25,558 nucleotides of DNA from an uncultured Candidatus Peribacteria bacterium. Its GTDB lineage: Bacteria; Patescibacteriota; Gracilibacteria; UBA4473. Under the pieces are notes generated by a model. The model saw only the letters and a list, made by a program, of their open reading frames with translations, had not been told where the DNA came from and did no database searches. Position 1 is the stretch's first letter, and each line of letters opens with the position of its first letter. The stretch is from assembly GCA_964490135.1 (NCBI GenBank), contig CAZBBI010000001.1, positions 1 to 25,558 of the forward strand. The letters run 5' to 3'. This document shows, piece by piece, positions 24,454-25,558 of the stretch. The position numbers were made by a program, and so were the translations under genes.

Positions 24454-25558
24454 ATGGCATATTTTAAAGTAACTGGCGGAAACAAGCTTTCTGGAGAAAT
24501 CAATATTCCTGGAGCAAAAAATGCGGCACTAAAGATGTTTTGTGCGGCTCTTCTTACTCGAGAGAAATGTATTTTAAAAAATGTTCCAGAGATTTCTGAT
24601 TTAAAGTTATTATTAAAAATATTTAATAAAATTGGAGTAGAGACTTCATGGGATAAGAAAAATAAAATTGTTGAAATCCAAGCAAAAAACATTGATCCAA
24701 CAAAATTAAAAGATTGTGATGAAGTTAAACAATTTCGAGCTTCTATATTAATTATGGGACCACTTCTAGCTAGATGTGGTAAATGTGAAATTTTGAAACC
24801 GGGAGGATGTGTACTTGGGGCGAGACCAAATATCATTCATACAGATGGGTTTAATATACTTGGAGCTAATGTTGTAGAAAATGATGAAAAAATTTCTGGA
24901 ACGTTTTCTCGAAAAGATTTTGAAAACAAAAGAATTCTTCTTCCGGAAGCTTCGGTAACAGGAACTGAAAATCTTTCTATTTTTGCGGCAGGAGTAGAAG
25001 ATAATGTAGAAATTTTATTTGCAGCTTCTGAGCCAGTTGTTGGAGGGACTCATAGAATGTTAGTTGGTATGGGGGCAGAAATCGAAGGTATTGGTACTCA
25101 CCATTTAAAAATTAAAGGAAAAAACTGGAAAGACCTTAAAGGCGGAACGTTTGAAATTCCACCAGATGGAATATTAGCCGGAACTTACGCTATTGCCACA
25201 ATCTTAACTGGCGGTAACCTAACAATTAAAAATGTTGATCATTTTGAATTATTTTCTTTTTATGGGCTTTTGAAAAGAGCTGAAGTAAATTTTGAGATGG
25301 AGGGGAATAATCTAAAAATTGCCCCAACAAAAAAGAAACTTGTGGCTATTCCAAAAATTCAAACGGCTATATTTCCAGCTTTTGCTTCAGATTTACAATC
25401 CCCTATGGGGTTACTTGCGACACAATGTGAAGGCGAATCTATGATTTTTGAAACACTTTATGATGGGCGATTAACTTACCTAAATGAGCTTGAGAAAATG
25501 GGGGCAAAAATTGAATTTTTAAATGCGCATCAAGCCAAAGTTTTTGGACCAACCAAAC
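24454..25558 (+). CDS. murA: UDP-N-acetylglucosamine 1-carboxyvinyltransferase (partial, runs off the window end; not in the ORF track)
   Basis: Translated by hand, open to the end: GAKNAAL, FRASIL.MGPLLAR, PGGCVLGARP, SVTGTEN, FASDLQ, DGRL. Confidence 0.93.
   Translation, partial: MAYFKVTGGNKLSGEINIPGAKNAALKMFCAALLTREKCILKNVPEISDLKLLLKIFNKIGVETSWDKKNKIVEIQAKNIDPTKLKDCDEVKQFRASILIMGPLLARCGKCEILKPGGCVLGARPNIIHTDGFNILGANVVENDEKISGTFSRKDFENKRILLPEASVTGTENLSIFAAGVEDNVEILFAASEPVVGGTHRMLVGMGAEIEGIGTHHLKIKGKNWKDLKGGTFEIPPDGILAGTYAIATILTGGNLTIKNVDHFELFSFYGLLKRAEVNFEMEGNNLKIAPTKKKLVAIPKIQTAIFPAFASDLQSPMGLLATQCEGESMIFETLYDGRLTYLNELEKMGAKIEFLNAHQAKVFGPTK

Noticed and set aside
689-24836. Short or antisense ORFs in the track (689-883, 1807-2067, 3273-3590, 3568-3816, 4394-4582, 5760-6008, 7010-7426, 9157-9513, 10484-10741, 12411-12629, 14308-14658, 15121-15342, 18073-18291, 18077-18262, 18924-19130, 19105-19332, 20115-20339, 23252-23434, 23947-24183, 24444-24836)
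   Set aside because: All overlap well-supported genes on the other strand or in another frame and have no recognisable motifs; treated as shadow ORFs
1-25558. Genetic code 25 (TGA=Gly) or general TAA recoding
   Set aside because: Conserved genes are full length under code 11 with no internal TGA, and most end at the expected position with TAA
1-25558. CRISPR arrays, tRNA/rRNA genes, IS elements, DGR template/variable repeats
   Set aside because: No regularly spaced repeats, cloverleaf, transposase, reverse transcriptase or adenine-specific repeat pair seen by eye; a tRNAscan/Infernal run would be needed to exclude small RNAs fully

Overview
AT-rich bacterial chromosomal window, read with genetic code 11 (long ORFs are intact with TGA as stop). 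The gene content (CPR-style VirB2/TrbC-like pilin next to comF, thymidylate-synthase variant, A/T-rich start contexts without Shine-Dalgarno motifs) suggests Patescibacteria/CPR, possibly a code-11 member of the Gracilibacteria class; this is inference. Mostly housekeeping genes: metK, aroB, hisS, thyA-like, rplJ-rplL, aroE, gap, rpsP-khpA, comF, trxB, partial murA. Three RNA elements are not in the ORF track: a compact SAM-I riboswitch with terminator/antiterminator before metK, an L10 leader with attenuator, and RNase P RNA (rnpB). Accessory content: a yefM-yoeB toxin-antitoxin pair, a VTC+DUF4956 pair, a GGDEF protein and three predicted secreted proteins (BspA/DUF285, tail-collar-like, thrombospondin-1). 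Top observations: (1) a 38-nt GC-rich two-hairpin element present in-frame in two unrelated genes, with compensatory stem changes; (2) a ThyA homologue with Asp at the dUMP/dCMP specificity position; (3) a 21-aa N-terminal leader shared by two unrelated surface proteins; (4) two genes each broken by a single in-frame TAA; (5) a P4-less SAM-I riboswitch with a 6-bp pseudoknot.
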